In this document: one piece after another, positions 38,438 through 48,896 of the stretch
Layout: each line of letters opens with the position of its first letter
How positions within the stretch are numbered: the stretch's first letter is position 1
Assembly (NCBI GenBank): GCA_963664705.1
Contig: OY761556.1
Location: 2,208,001 to 2,272,000 of the forward strand
Direction: 5' to 3'
DNA length: 64,000 nucleotides
Origin: Acidobacteriota bacterium
GTDB lineage: Bacteria; Acidobacteriota; UBA6911
Notes under the pieces: generated by a model
Database searches by the model: none
What the model was told of the DNA's origin: nothing
Seen by the model: the letters and a program-made list of their open reading frames with translations, nothing else
Program-made: the position numbers and the translations under genes

Positions 38438-39112
38438 TCATCTTCGCCCCGTTACCGGGTGCGGATAGTGAAATGGGACAATCACGGCGTTCGGCCAGAA
38501 ACGAAATCCTCCCGGCTTCAGTTCATCCGGGCCGCGCGGGTCTTCCGGATACGTTCGGGTATACGGCGAAACCATCAGCAGGTCTACCGGAGAATGCGCC
38601 CAACCCTTGGCATATTCCGCCTGCCATACGAGGTTGTAATTAAAAACTTTTATCTTCCACACGCCATTTTCTTTTATATACGAATTCTCATAAACGCCCC
38701 CTTCCCAGAACTGGCTGGGTATGGGGGTATCCTCCAGCCGGGTTTCATGAACGCCACCAACCATGAAGCAGCGGAAGCGTGCCTTTGCCTTCAGCCGGTC
38801 TGAAGACACATCAATGATGTCCTGCGCCATCAGGTGCTCTGTCAGGACGCCATAGGATGGGCCGTTGATATCGAACCCGGAGCCCCACATCCTGCGCGCT
38901 CCTTTCTTTCCTTTGAAAATACCGTTCAGAAAATAAACCTCGCAATCCTCTGAGAACAAATCGACAACATCCGCAAAGAGCCATTTGTCGAAGTAATAAC
39001 CATATTTGAAATGGAGCGTGCGAATCGCCTGGATGTCCTCCAGCACGCCTGTGCGGTACATCAATTCAGCGACCTGTGCTTTCAAAGCGATAACTTCTTC
39101 CTCAACGGACAT
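38438..39112 (-). CDS. SnoaL-like/NTF2-family protein
   Basis: LEDIQAIRTL...YGYYFD.......LFSED, GG.YEN.Y.KENGVWKI. Confidence 0.8.
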   Translation of the reverse strand: MSVEEEVIALKAQVAELMYRTGVLEDIQAIRTLHFKYGYYFDKWLFADVVDLFSEDCEVYFLNGIFKGKKGARRMWGSGFDINGPSYGVLTEHLMAQDIIDVSSDRLKAKARFRCFMVGGVHETRLEDTPIPSQFWEGGVYENSYIKENGVWKIKVFNYNLVWQAEYAKGWAHSPVDLLMVSPYTRTYPEDPRGPDELKPGGFRFWPNAVIVPFHYPHPVTGRR

Positions 39113-39121
39113 GGAGATCTC

Positions 39122-39967
39122 CTAACCCCGAAGTGCGGGAGGCAATGGCAGGCCAGTAAGCTTCGCGAAATCCGAGCTTTCGTGCAGCATGGCGTCCAGG
39201 TTGTCCGATAATTCAAGATATCTTCCTGATAATGTATCATAGCGACCCGAGGCAAGATCAATACATCGTTGCGCACATCTTTCCAGGTCGAGCTCAGACG
39301 CCGGGTCCGCTTTGCGTGCCTTCAGGTGTTCAATCATGTGCGGAACCCATCGCTGAGCACCGGCATCCCGCATTGTTGCCTCGGCCATTCCGGTTATTAC
39401 GAAGCCTGGATCGATCGCAAAGGCGCTGATCCCGTATTCCTTTGTTTCCATCGCGACATACTGGATCAGGCGGTTTTGCGCGCTTTTACCCAGGCAATAG
39501 GCCGACATACTGTGATCGAGCCGGTACGATCCTATGGCGGAAACGCAAATGATTCGGCCGGAACGTCTTTCGATCATGGATGGCAGCACGGAGCGGATAA
39601 ACAGGAATGGTGCCCGAATGTGCACTTCCTGGGCAAACCACCATTCTTCCGGATCAGCCGCAAAAGTCGGTGCAAAGGGCCCGGGAATTCCTGCATTATT
39701 TACCAGGATTGTGGCCGGACCGAAAAATTCCTGAGAACGGCTTACGATTTCCGCCACATCTTCGGGCCGGGTCACATCGCCGCAGACACCAAGAGCTCGG
39801 CCTCCTGCCGCCTCAATTTCCTGAACAGTCTGGTTCAGCTCCGATTGCGTGCGCGATGTTAACGTAACCATTGCGCCTTCCCGCGAAAACCTCAGGGCAA
39901 TGGCTTTGCCAAATCCGCGCCCCGCACCGGTTATGATGGCCACCTGGCCGGCAAGTTCCTGTTTCAT
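39122..39967 (-). CDS. Short-chain dehydrogenase/reductase
   Basis: TGAGRGFG, NNAG, YCLGK (YxxxK), PG.V.T; ATG after GGAG. Confidence 0.9.
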   Translation of the reverse strand: MKQELAGQVAIITGAGRGFGKAIALRFSREGAMVTLTSRTQSELNQTVQEIEAAGGRALGVCGDVTRPEDVAEIVSRSQEFFGPATILVNNAGIPGPFAPTFAADPEEWWFAQEVHIRAPFLFIRSVLPSMIERRSGRIICVSAIGSYRLDHSMSAYCLGKSAQNRLIQYVAMETKEYGISAFAIDPGFVITGMAEATMRDAGAQRWVPHMIEHLKARKADPASELDLERCAQRCIDLASGRYDTLSGRYLELSDNLDAMLHESSDFAKLTGLPLPPALRG

Positions 39968-40356
39968 GTTTCGCTCCATGGACAGAGGTCGTATATCGAC
40001 GGCTTTCGCTGCAAATGCAGGCGGATGCGCCGCAGGCTTCACACAATTTTGCAAATTAGGTCAGGACTGCCAGGAACTTTCCGACGGTCTGCTCCGTATT
40101 GCTTTCTTTCGAAAGCAGCTCCCGGCTTCTAATGTTTACGTAACAACGAAATATTTGACCCTATTGTAGCGTAGTATCTATATTAAACACAAACTGAGGA
40201 GATCGAATCATACTGGACGAGCGATAGCGGTTGACAATCACTATCGATTTGCAGCACAGTAAGCTCGCCATCCCATAATCGGAGTATAGGTTGAGCCTTG
40301 TACGTGGGATCCAACCCAAACGAGATAAATACAATCATTAGTGAAGGAGTAATCCT

Positions 40357-41148
40357 ATGCCTGGAGGCAAAAAAGCTGAAAGCGAAGAAGTTGCTGCCAA
40401 GAAGACATTCTCGAGACGCGATTTTATTGTCACCGGTAGCACAATAGCAGCCGTTGACGCACTGATCGCAACAACTCCTGCAAAAGCCGCCATTCCCGCT
40501 GCCACGCCAGCCAAGGGGACCGCGCTTCCGGAATCCAAAGGTTATCTGATTTATGACAGCAAGAAGTGTGCGGGCTGCACCACCTGTATGCTTAGCTGCT
40601 CGCTGACACACTATGGAGTTCAGAGCTTATCGCTCTCGCGCATCCAGATCATTCAAGACTCCTTCGGCAAATTCCCCACCGATATCAAGATGGCCCCGTG
40701 CCGGCAGTGCAAAACGCCTCCCTGCGTCGAGAATTGCCCGGTCGGCGCTGCCTTTGTGGACACCAAAAACGGAAATATCCGGCGAATCGACAGCAAGAAA
40801 TGTATCGGCTGCCGAACCTGCCTGGCGATGTGTCCGCAACAGCCGCATCGGACCGTCTGGAACCATGTCGAAGGCAAGTCTTCCAAATGCGATCTTTGCC
40901 TGGATACTCCACACTGGAATGAAAAAGGCGGGCCAGGAGGAAAGCAGGCTTGCGTTGAATCCTGTCCGATGAAAGCCATCAAGTTTGTAGCCCAAATCCC
41001 GGATCAGACCGAGACCGATGGCTACGATGTCAATCTGCGAAATGATCACTGGCTGAATCTGGGCTTGGTCGAAAACAGCACGATTATTCCGCCGGCTATG
41101 GCGGCGCAGGCCAAAGCAAAGAAACCCGCACCGAAACCGAAGGAATAG
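40357..41148 (+). CDS. 4Fe-4S dicluster (DmsB-like) protein with Tat signal
   Basis: SRRDF leader; CAGCTTCMLSC, CRQC...PC...CP, CIGCRTCLAMCP, KCDLC...AC...CP. Confidence 0.9.
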   Translation: MPGGKKAESEEVAAKKTFSRRDFIVTGSTIAAVDALIATTPAKAAIPAATPAKGTALPESKGYLIYDSKKCAGCTTCMLSCSLTHYGVQSLSLSRIQIIQDSFGKFPTDIKMAPCRQCKTPPCVENCPVGAAFVDTKNGNIRRIDSKKCIGCRTCLAMCPQQPHRTVWNHVEGKSSKCDLCLDTPHWNEKGGPGGKQACVESCPMKAIKFVAQIPDQTETDGYDVNLRNDHWLNLGLVENSTIIPPAMAAQAKAKKPAPKPKE

Positions 41149-41161
41149 GGAGGAAGACATT

Positions 41162-43261
41162 ATGTCAGGCGGATATACCGGTAAAATTGCACGAGTCAAC
41201 CTTACCACGAAAACAATCAGTACGATCGAGACCGCGAAGTATGAGGAATTTGGCGGCGGGCATGGGATGGGTTCTGCCATCTTCTTCGACCTGGTCGGCG
41301 ACCAGCTCCCTTTTGAGGCCTTCGATCCCAGAAACCTGATCATCATGATGGCTTCCCCGTTCTCCGGCACATTCATGCCGGGCTCCGGCCGCTGCGAAGT
41401 GCAGGGGCTTGGACCGGGCCTCTATCCGGTTGAATGGTTTGGGCACAGCAACTTTGGCGGCAGATTCACCGCCCAGCTGAAGTTTGCCGGTTGGGATGGC
41501 ATCGTTGTTGAAGGTGCCTCCGACAAGCCAGTCTGGATCAATATCGCGGACGATAAAATCAAGATTGAAGATGCCAACGGGATCTGGGGCATGGACACCT
41601 ACGATGCGCAGCAGGAAATTTCGCGGCGCGTCATGCCCAACCTCAGATACGGCGAATGGGCAGAGCTTGCCAACAGCTGCTTCACCACGCAGATTCCTGC
41701 AGTTGTCACTTGCGGCCCGGCCGGAGAGAACCTGAGCCGAATCGCCGGTCTGCTGCACGGTCCCGGTTCGCAGGCTGCTCTTTGCGGATTCGGATCGGTG
41801 TTTGGATCCAAAAAGCTGAAAGCCATCAGCGCGATCGGAACCGGCGGGATACCCATTGCCGATCCGAAGGCGTTCATGGATGCCCGTCTGTGGTTCCGAC
41901 AGTTCCAGTGGGACGTCGACAACCCGCGCGAACCCGAGAAGTTTGCGGGCCGCGGCTACTCCCTGATCAACGGAGCTCCAAGCGGCGGCAACGTCAGCAA
42001 TGGCAGTCTTCCTCTTGTGCCCGCGCGCGCTGCCGCGTGCGCCTCTTGCCCAAGAGGTTGCCGTATGCGCCTGGCTTCGGCCGACAGCAATGAATCGGTT
42101 TGCGCAGGAAGCATGTTTGCGCGCATCGGCGGCGGCGGGTTTGGCATGGCTCCGGGTGGTGCCGGCGCCAATGCAATGCCTCAGGCACTCAGCGGAAAGC
42201 TGACCCGACAGGGCAACGATTTGATGCACCGCTATGGTCTGGGCCACTGGCAGTTGATGGCTACTCAAGGCTACATCCAGTTCCTGGAACGAGCGGGAGT
42301 CTTCGGGAAAGGAAAGGAAATCGATCCCGATCTGCCACCCGCCGGAACTTTCGCCTACTATGAAGCGCTCATGAGAAAGCTGTCGCTCCGTGAAGGCAAG
42401 TTCGGCCAACTGGCCGGCGAGGCCGCCGCGAGAATGGCGGAAAAGCTCGGTCGGTACAAAGAAGATGTGAACTCCGGCAACGTGAGATTGACCTACTGGG
42501 GAACGCAAGAACACTACTCCTCCCAGGTGGAAGTCGAATGGGGCTTCGGTTCGCTGCTCGGAGAACGCGACCTGATGCTGCACCAGATTGCCAACTATCC
42601 GCTTCACTGGATGGCGGCTTCCGGCGCACCATACCTGACTGCAGAAGAAGCTTCCAAGCTTTATGCGGAAGCCATGGTTCCATACAATGACGATCGGTAC
42701 CTCGTGGATTATGGCGAAGGCCCGACCGGAGTTTACTCCGATTCCAAGGTCAAGCAGGTTGCCTGGGTCAAGCACTACGAAAAATTCTGGGTTGGCGCCG
42801 GCGGCTTCTGCGGATGGAGATGGCCCCAGTGCATCACCAACAACACCGCCGACCGGAGAGGCGCCACGCCGCAGGCAGAACCCAGGTTCTGGAACGCGGT
42901 TACCGGCAAGAAAGGTACCTTCGGGGACTATATGGCACTCGGGCACAAGATCTACACTCTTGACCGCGCCATCTGGGTCCTGCAGGGACGGCATCGCAAT
43001 ATGGAAGTCTTCCCGGATTACGTTTATGACAAACCAGCCGGCGGCGGAAGCGAGCTGCCCATGGTCGTCGACGGTGTCTGGAAGTATGACGGCGGCCGCG
43101 GTCGGAAGCTGGATCGCGAAAAAGTCGAAGACTTCAAGACGCGGTTCTATAAATTCGAAGGATACAACTCCGAAAACGGGTATCCGACCAGAGCCACTCT
43201 CGAAAAGATGAATCTCAAGAAGGTGGCTGACCTGTTGCAAAGCAAAGGCAAACTCGGGTAA
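41162..43261 (+). CDS. Aldehyde:ferredoxin oxidoreductase (tungsten-pterin AOR/WOR family)
   Basis: GGYTGKIARVNL, SNFGG.F...LKFAGWDGIVVEG, GPAGEN, GSKKLKAI, CASCPRGC, G.PT..TL..L. Confidence 0.9.
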   Translation: MSGGYTGKIARVNLTTKTISTIETAKYEEFGGGHGMGSAIFFDLVGDQLPFEAFDPRNLIIMMASPFSGTFMPGSGRCEVQGLGPGLYPVEWFGHSNFGGRFTAQLKFAGWDGIVVEGASDKPVWINIADDKIKIEDANGIWGMDTYDAQQEISRRVMPNLRYGEWAELANSCFTTQIPAVVTCGPAGENLSRIAGLLHGPGSQAALCGFGSVFGSKKLKAISAIGTGGIPIADPKAFMDARLWFRQFQWDVDNPREPEKFAGRGYSLINGAPSGGNVSNGSLPLVPARAAACASCPRGCRMRLASADSNESVCAGSMFARIGGGGFGMAPGGAGANAMPQALSGKLTRQGNDLMHRYGLGHWQLMATQGYIQFLERAGVFGKGKEIDPDLPPAGTFAYYEALMRKLSLREGKFGQLAGEAAARMAEKLGRYKEDVNSGNVRLTYWGTQEHYSSQVEVEWGFGSLLGERDLMLHQIANYPLHWMAASGAPYLTAEEASKLYAEAMVPYNDDRYLVDYGEGPTGVYSDSKVKQVAWVKHYEKFWVGAGGFCGWRWPQCITNNTADRRGATPQAEPRFWNAVTGKKGTFGDYMALGHKIYTLDRAIWVLQGRHRNMEVFPDYVYDKPAGGGSELPMVVDGVWKYDGGRGRKLDREKVEDFKTRFYKFEGYNSENGYPTRATLEKMNLKKVADLLQSKGKLG

Positions 43262-43286
43262 CCATTCCCTATAAGCCGGGTATATC

Positions 43287-43323
43287 AGGCCAGATCGGTG
43301 CAAGCCGGTCTGGCCTTTTTTTT
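43287..43323 (+). terminator. Intrinsic terminator after the AOR operon
   Basis: AGGCCAGATCGGT-GCAA-GCCGGTCTGGCCT plus T run. Confidence 0.88.
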
Positions 43324-43398
43324 CATGAATTCCCCAATTGCGCAAATGGCGTAATAATATACAAGTGAAGTTTCGATCCGACTGCTGAGGTGAGAGCC

Positions 43399-44604
43399 AT
43401 GAACAAACCAGTCTTCATAGCGGCCTATCATCAATCAAAATTCGGCAAGTTGATGAATCTCTCGATTCCGGAAATCGTAAGCAAAGCGGTGATGGAGGCT
43501 TGTACGGACATAGGGATTGAGCCGTCCGTCATCGATGTCGGATCCATCGGCGCGGTCTGCAATATGTCTCTGAACGGACAGGGCTTGCTGGCGGGCCTGA
43601 TCGCCATGGTTCCCGGCATGCAGGGAAAACCCATTGAGGCGGTTGAAAACGCATGCGCCACCGGTGGCCAGGCGATTATTTCCGTGATCCACAAACTTCA
43701 GCTCGGACTCGGAGATATTGGAATTGCCGTCGGTTTCGAAAAGATGCGTGACGACCAGGGGAATATGGATGGGAAACAGATCGGAAAAGTTCTCGGCTAC
43801 TTTTCCATTCCTGAGGAACGCGAGGGCAAAGTGTATGTCTTCCCTCACCTCTTTGCCGAAGTCATGGCCGCATATCTCGATCAGCATGGCGTCAGTGAGC
43901 GACAGCTTGCTCAAATCGCCGTCACCGAATATGCCAATGCAAGGCAGAATCCATACGCGCAGATGCACATCAACCTCACGGTAGATCAGGCGGTTACAAT
44001 CGGCGGCATCAATCGCTATATCGTAGATGGACTGCCTTTAAAAACCTACGACTGCTCCCAAATCACCGATGGCTACGCGTCCATCATCCTCACAACAGAA
44101 GCAGGCCTTGCCCAATTGGGTATTTCCAAACACGATTGCGTTGAAATTGCCGGATATGCACAGGCGACGGATCCGTTGAAGAAGGCGGGCCGCGATGTAT
44201 TGCGACCGGCGGGAGCCTATCGAGCTATGAACAAAGCCTACGAGATGGCAGGAATTTCGCCACGCGAGATCAATGTTGCGGAGGTGCACGATTGCTTTAC
44301 CGTTATGGGCGCCCTTGCGACCGAAGTCATCGGAAAGGCGGAATACGGACAGGGCGCCCGTTATTGGGAGGACGGGAAAGCGAGGCCCGATGGCCTGTGC
44401 GGCATCAACACTTCAGGAGGCCTCATCGCAAAAGGCCATCCCATCGGCGCTACGGGAATCGCCATGGTTGGATGGTGCGCATTGCAGCTCCTGGGAAAAG
44501 TGCCGACGGCACTCCAGGTCCCGAATGCCCGCGCGGCCGCCACCTTCAACATCGGCGGACCCATCTGCGCCTCCGTCTGCACGGTTCTTAAAGCGGCAAC
44601 CTAG
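43399..44604 (+). CDS. Thiolase-family protein (SCP2-type)
   Basis: ENACATGG, DCSQITDG, EVHDCF, INTSGGL.AKGHPIGATG, NIGG. Confidence 0.88.
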   Translation: MNKPVFIAAYHQSKFGKLMNLSIPEIVSKAVMEACTDIGIEPSVIDVGSIGAVCNMSLNGQGLLAGLIAMVPGMQGKPIEAVENACATGGQAIISVIHKLQLGLGDIGIAVGFEKMRDDQGNMDGKQIGKVLGYFSIPEEREGKVYVFPHLFAEVMAAYLDQHGVSERQLAQIAVTEYANARQNPYAQMHINLTVDQAVTIGGINRYIVDGLPLKTYDCSQITDGYASIILTTEAGLAQLGISKHDCVEIAGYAQATDPLKKAGRDVLRPAGAYRAMNKAYEMAGISPREINVAEVHDCFTVMGALATEVIGKAEYGQGARYWEDGKARPDGLCGINTSGGLIAKGHPIGATGIAMVGWCALQLLGKVPTALQVPNARAAATFNIGGPICASVCTVLKAAT

Positions 44605-44765
44605 GAATTCACTCAATTTCCCGATTTGCCTCCGGGAATGCCTGGTGCTATATTCCTATCAAATTGCTTTACCATGCCTTCATTCGATTCAAAGCTTTAA
44701 TGATGGAGTAGTTGACTGCGTTTGGTCTTGTCTCATGCGTCTACCCTTTTCCAGCGGAGGGGCAA

Positions 44766-45884
44766 ATGAGCTTGATTCAGGCTTGCGTCAGATCCGTTAC
44801 TCTCGCTATCGCTGCACTCGCAGCTGCCTTATCTCCATGGCCCGACGCCTGCGCTCTATCGAGTACAGACCGCGGCGATAGCGAACTGACTGTTTCCGGC
44901 ATCGTGGTGCGCGATGACGGAACACCGCCGCCTTTTGGCACCATCCTGGAGCGCGACTGCGGCAATGGATTCACAAAAGAGGGGGACGTGCAGCCATCCG
45001 GATATTTTTCTTTCTCCAGCAGCAGAAATGTTCTCTCGAATCGCGCCAAGGCTGATTTGAGCGGCAGTGTTCCATCAACCTGGGCGCTTGCCATGGAAAA
45101 AAGAGAGCAACCGCCTCCCTTTGAAATGCGCTTTTGCCTGCTGCGGGCACACCTATCCGGGTATCGATCCGCAACCGCACGCTTGCCCGCAGACCCGGGA
45201 ACCACAAAAGTCGATATCGGCAAAATAGTGCTCTACCCCGAATTGAGATCCAAGGAATCCTCGATACGCCTGACTGCGATTCAAATTCCGGCACAGGCCC
45301 GGAAGTCCTTGCGGCACGCAGTAACGTCCATGCGGAAACTCAAACTGGATAAAGCGCTGGAGGAGCTGACGTCGGCGATCAGCCTGTATCCGACCTATGT
45401 TGAGGCCTGGTACCAAATCGGGCGAGTGCACCAGTATTCCCGGCAATATTCCCAGGCGCAAAAAGCGTTTCAGGAAGCAATTGCCCTGGACCCGGATTAC
45501 CTGCCCGCCTGCCTTGGGCTCGCATCCGTTGCATGGCACCAGCAGGACTGGCCGATGATGCTGCATTGGAGTTCCCGCTGTCTGAAGCTCAGCCCGTTGG
45601 CCTCACCGGAAGCCTACTTTCTGAATGCAATGGCTCTCTACAGAATCGGCATGCTGGATGCAGCAGAGGAGATCGCCAGAAAAGGGATGAAGGTAGATGT
45701 CAAAACGGAATATAGGACATTGCATTTGCTTCTGGGAGAAATCCTGCTGGGCAGGCGTGACATGCAGGGATCCATCCAGGAACTGCGAAGCTATTTGCGG
45801 CTGGCGCCAAAGGCTCCGGATGCAGCCCAGGTCCGGGCTGTCATGGAAAACCGGGAGAAGCAGCTGATCGTCGGCAGCCGGTAG
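44766..45884 (+). CDS. Exported tetratricopeptide-repeat protein
   Basis: Signal-like N-terminus, beta-rich domain, C-terminal TPRs (AI.L.P.Y..AW..IG); GGAGG RBS. Confidence 0.75.
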   Translation: MSLIQACVRSVTLAIAALAAALSPWPDACALSSTDRGDSELTVSGIVVRDDGTPPPFGTILERDCGNGFTKEGDVQPSGYFSFSSSRNVLSNRAKADLSGSVPSTWALAMEKREQPPPFEMRFCLLRAHLSGYRSATARLPADPGTTKVDIGKIVLYPELRSKESSIRLTAIQIPAQARKSLRHAVTSMRKLKLDKALEELTSAISLYPTYVEAWYQIGRVHQYSRQYSQAQKAFQEAIALDPDYLPACLGLASVAWHQQDWPMMLHWSSRCLKLSPLASPEAYFLNAMALYRIGMLDAAEEIARKGMKVDVKTEYRTLHLLLGEILLGRRDMQGSIQELRSYLRLAPKAPDAAQVRAVMENREKQLIVGSR

Positions 45885-45955
45885 CGAGCGCCAGGCCAGG
45901 GCCTTTAAGATTAGTCGGGGTCTACCGGGAGTTCGGCCAGTAGCCCCTGTCTTCG

Positions 45956-45990
45956 TCTGGAATTTGGAATCTGAAATCTGGAATCCGAAA
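45956..45990. repeat. Heptamer tandem repeat (TCTGGAA-like x5) between convergent genes
   Basis: TCTGGAA TTTGGAA TCTGAAA TCTGGAA TCCGAAA. Confidence 0.7.
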
Positions 45991-46028
45991 TTCCGCAAAT
46001 AGGCGAGACGCCGATCGTTCCTCCTGGC

Positions 46029-48830
46029 CTAGTGAATAAGGCGCAAACCGGGAGGCAGGGACTCACCGAACACCTGCTTCTCGTCCGCCTCTCCCAGTTC
46101 TGCCAACTGTTCCACCATGAAGATCCACGTAGGGGATGCGCCTGCGGCATGGAGCTTTTCGACCACCAGTTTTCGCAAACCTTCATCCAGATCGCGTTCA
46201 CGGTCTCCGCTCATCCGGGCCAGAAGAGTGGCCGCAAAGCCGGCCGGCTCTGTTTCGCGCCAGTTCTGCTTCAACGCCTGTTCCAGCCACTGCGCCGCGA
46301 CCGCGCGGGGAATCACATTGCTGGCAGATCCGTAAAATGGCACGCGAGCGCCCAACCTTCCGACTGCCCACCAGGTCTGAATGGACTCCGATGGGCTTTT
46401 CAGCCGTTCCAGCAGCCATTCTCCCGCCTCAATCTTGTGCTCGTAATGAATCCGCTCCAACCCGCCGACCAGTCGAACCATGTTGTCATAGCTTGGATTC
46501 CGAGGTTTGCGTTTTCTGGCAGGCACCTTTGACTGCGGGCGCAACTCTTCGGATATCTCGCCAAAGAGCTTTTCCTGTGCCTGCCGGTCCAGCCCGCCGG
46601 CAATCCGCCGCCATAATATCCACCATTCAGACCACACTTGCGCTTCCTGGCTGTACTGCACGCCCTGATCATGGATGGACCAAAGCTGTTGGATTCTCCA
46701 ATCATCGAGCGGAAAACCAAATCCGGGGCGAAGACAGAATCCTGCCAGGTTAAGCCAGACACGCTCGTGGTCCGCAGATCTCCTTCGATGCCGACTCCCG
46801 CTCCAAATGGCGGAGAACAGTTCTCTCAAGGCAGCCGTCTCCCACAGAATCCGGTCGCCCAGAAAACTCTCCAGATCGCGCCGCAAATTGCGCACTTCAC
46901 GGGCATCGACATTGTGTCTGCGCGCTCCATAAACAAGGTCCACGCGATCGGCTGCCTCGCCGAAGCGCGGCGGAAGCTGTCCAGTCATCCCCAAAGCCGC
47001 TCTTCCCGCTCCTCTCAGCTGAAATTCCAGCAGCCATCGATGCTCCGGGTTCTGCTGTTCCACACAGCTCATCTGCAGCGTACCTACCTCGGTAAGAACC
47101 GCGGCCAATTGCACCGGAAGCTCTTCAGAAGCAGATTCCTTCGGGAGCACCGTAGCAATCGGCGGGAGCTGCGAAAAAGACTCTTCCTCAATCCTCGCCA
47201 GTTCGCCTGGTATATAGGTTGTATCTCCAGTAGAGGTTGCCAGATGAAATCGAACCGGTTTGCCCAGGCGAAGCGAGAACACGCGCTCGGGCAGTTGAAT
47301 TTCCCGGCCCTCTTCAATGCCGCGCGGCAATATGCAAACTCCTGTCTTCTTGGTTTCCTCCTCATCTTCGAGAAGGAGAAAGTAGCTGCGTGCGGATCCC
47401 GCGCTGATGCGGATGCCGCTGCCGTGCCGAGTCAGCCCATAGGAAACAGCTCCCCGCGCCACAGCCAGATCAGGGCTGTCGGTATCCAGCCGCCGAACTT
47501 TGCGGCCTGCCCAGTCCTGCACTACCTCAATCAGGCGCTCCGAAAGGAGCGAGCTGTTGAAGACTCCTCCATTCAGCAGGACGGCATCCGGAGCCGGGAT
47601 TCCGGCCTTAGCATCCGGTGGTCTGGCTGCTCCGGAGATTGCCATTTCGCGATTCTCATTGCCCAATGCTTCCCGGGCTACGTTTTGGTAACGACTCAGA
47701 AACGCCGCCAGATGCCTTGTCACCGCTGGATCGGCAACATAGGGGAGGCCAAATTCGACGATGCCTCCTCGCACTTTTTGCGGTCTGTCTTCGGCAGCAG
47801 CGCGCGGATAAAAACCCTCCACCAGCATTTGCTGAACCTCTTCACGCGTCAGTTCCGTGGAACGCGCACCGGCAACAAGTCTTGATCCGGCTCCCACAAC
47901 GGTAACGGTGGTTCGTTCGGGGGCATTGGGTGCCAGCAAAACCTCTTTGGCATGGCGGCATTGTTGTACCAGTTGTGACAAACTTGCGGCTCCAAGCTTT
48001 CCGCCCGCGCTCATGATCCGGCCCTCGGCAAGATGGGCCAGCGCGAGGTCCATATTATCTCCGCCCAACATCAGGTGATCCCCGACCGCAATGCGGCTGA
48101 GTTTGGGCGATTTTCCGCCGGAACCTACCTGGATCAGGGTGAAATCGGTCGTCCCCCCGCCCACATCACAAACAAGGGCCAGCCGGACGCCCTCGAGCAG
48201 CCTGTCCAAATGATGCTCATTTCGCGAAAGCCAGTCGTAGCAGGCGGCCAGGGGTTCCTCAATCAAACGAATGGCCCCCAACCCGGCGATCCGGGCAGCC
48301 TCGACCGTGAGGGCGCGTGCGCCTTCATCGAAGGATGCCGGCACCGTCAACACAATTTCCTGTTCATGCAGCGGAGCGCCGGGAAACCGGTGATTCCATG
48401 CCGAGCGCACGTAGGAAAGGTAGCTTGCGCTGGCATCCACGGGCGAAATCTTTGCAATGTCTTCATGGGCGCCCCATGGCAAAATCGCCTCGGTGCGATC
48501 CACCGCCCTGTGAGAAAGCCAGCTCTTGGCGCTGGTAACCAGCCGTCCCGGCACGCGGGAACCCAGTTCCCGAGCAAGTTCGCCGACAATACCCGGATCG
48601 CTTTGCGGCCATGGAAGCAGGCGATCCGGTTCGGCGAGTTCCCCCGCGGCGGGATGATATCGGACCGAAGGAAGCATGGGGCGAGGCGCGATCTCTCCAG
48701 GCGCAATCAGCTGCTCGATGGCAAACAATTGGACTCCAGGCTTCTCTCCCTGGCGCAATCCACCCAGGTCCACGTAGGCAACAACCGTGTGGGTTGTTCC
48801 CAGATCTATTCCGACGAGATATCGCCGCAT
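46029..48830 (-). CDS. Atypical Hsp70-family protein with C-terminal DUF3731-like domain
   Basis: GIDLGTT, TVPASFD, EEP.AA, DVGGGTTD, LGGDNMD; Trp-rich helical C-terminus ending FGESLPPGLRL. Confidence 0.88.
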   Translation of the reverse strand: MRRYLVGIDLGTTHTVVAYVDLGGLRQGEKPGVQLFAIEQLIAPGEIAPRPMLPSVRYHPAAGELAEPDRLLPWPQSDPGIVGELARELGSRVPGRLVTSAKSWLSHRAVDRTEAILPWGAHEDIAKISPVDASASYLSYVRSAWNHRFPGAPLHEQEIVLTVPASFDEGARALTVEAARIAGLGAIRLIEEPLAACYDWLSRNEHHLDRLLEGVRLALVCDVGGGTTDFTLIQVGSGGKSPKLSRIAVGDHLMLGGDNMDLALAHLAEGRIMSAGGKLGAASLSQLVQQCRHAKEVLLAPNAPERTTVTVVGAGSRLVAGARSTELTREEVQQMLVEGFYPRAAAEDRPQKVRGGIVEFGLPYVADPAVTRHLAAFLSRYQNVAREALGNENREMAISGAARPPDAKAGIPAPDAVLLNGGVFNSSLLSERLIEVVQDWAGRKVRRLDTDSPDLAVARGAVSYGLTRHGSGIRISAGSARSYFLLLEDEEETKKTGVCILPRGIEEGREIQLPERVFSLRLGKPVRFHLATSTGDTTYIPGELARIEEESFSQLPPIATVLPKESASEELPVQLAAVLTEVGTLQMSCVEQQNPEHRWLLEFQLRGAGRAALGMTGQLPPRFGEAADRVDLVYGARRHNVDAREVRNLRRDLESFLGDRILWETAALRELFSAIWSGSRHRRRSADHERVWLNLAGFCLRPGFGFPLDDWRIQQLWSIHDQGVQYSQEAQVWSEWWILWRRIAGGLDRQAQEKLFGEISEELRPQSKVPARKRKPRNPSYDNMVRLVGGLERIHYEHKIEAGEWLLERLKSPSESIQTWWAVGRLGARVPFYGSASNVIPRAVAAQWLEQALKQNWRETEPAGFAATLLARMSGDRERDLDEGLRKLVVEKLHAAGASPTWIFMVEQLAELGEADEKQVFGESLPPGLRLIH

Positions 48831-48896
48831 GTCAAATCCCTGCCAATCGATCAATTCGCTGAATTCGCAGCCGCAGGAAAATGCCCTGGAGATCCA

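Noticed and set aside
41165-43345. 726-aa ORF antisense to the AOR gene
   Set aside because: Mirrors a well-supported gene codon for codon and has no motifs; expected shadow of biased codon usage.
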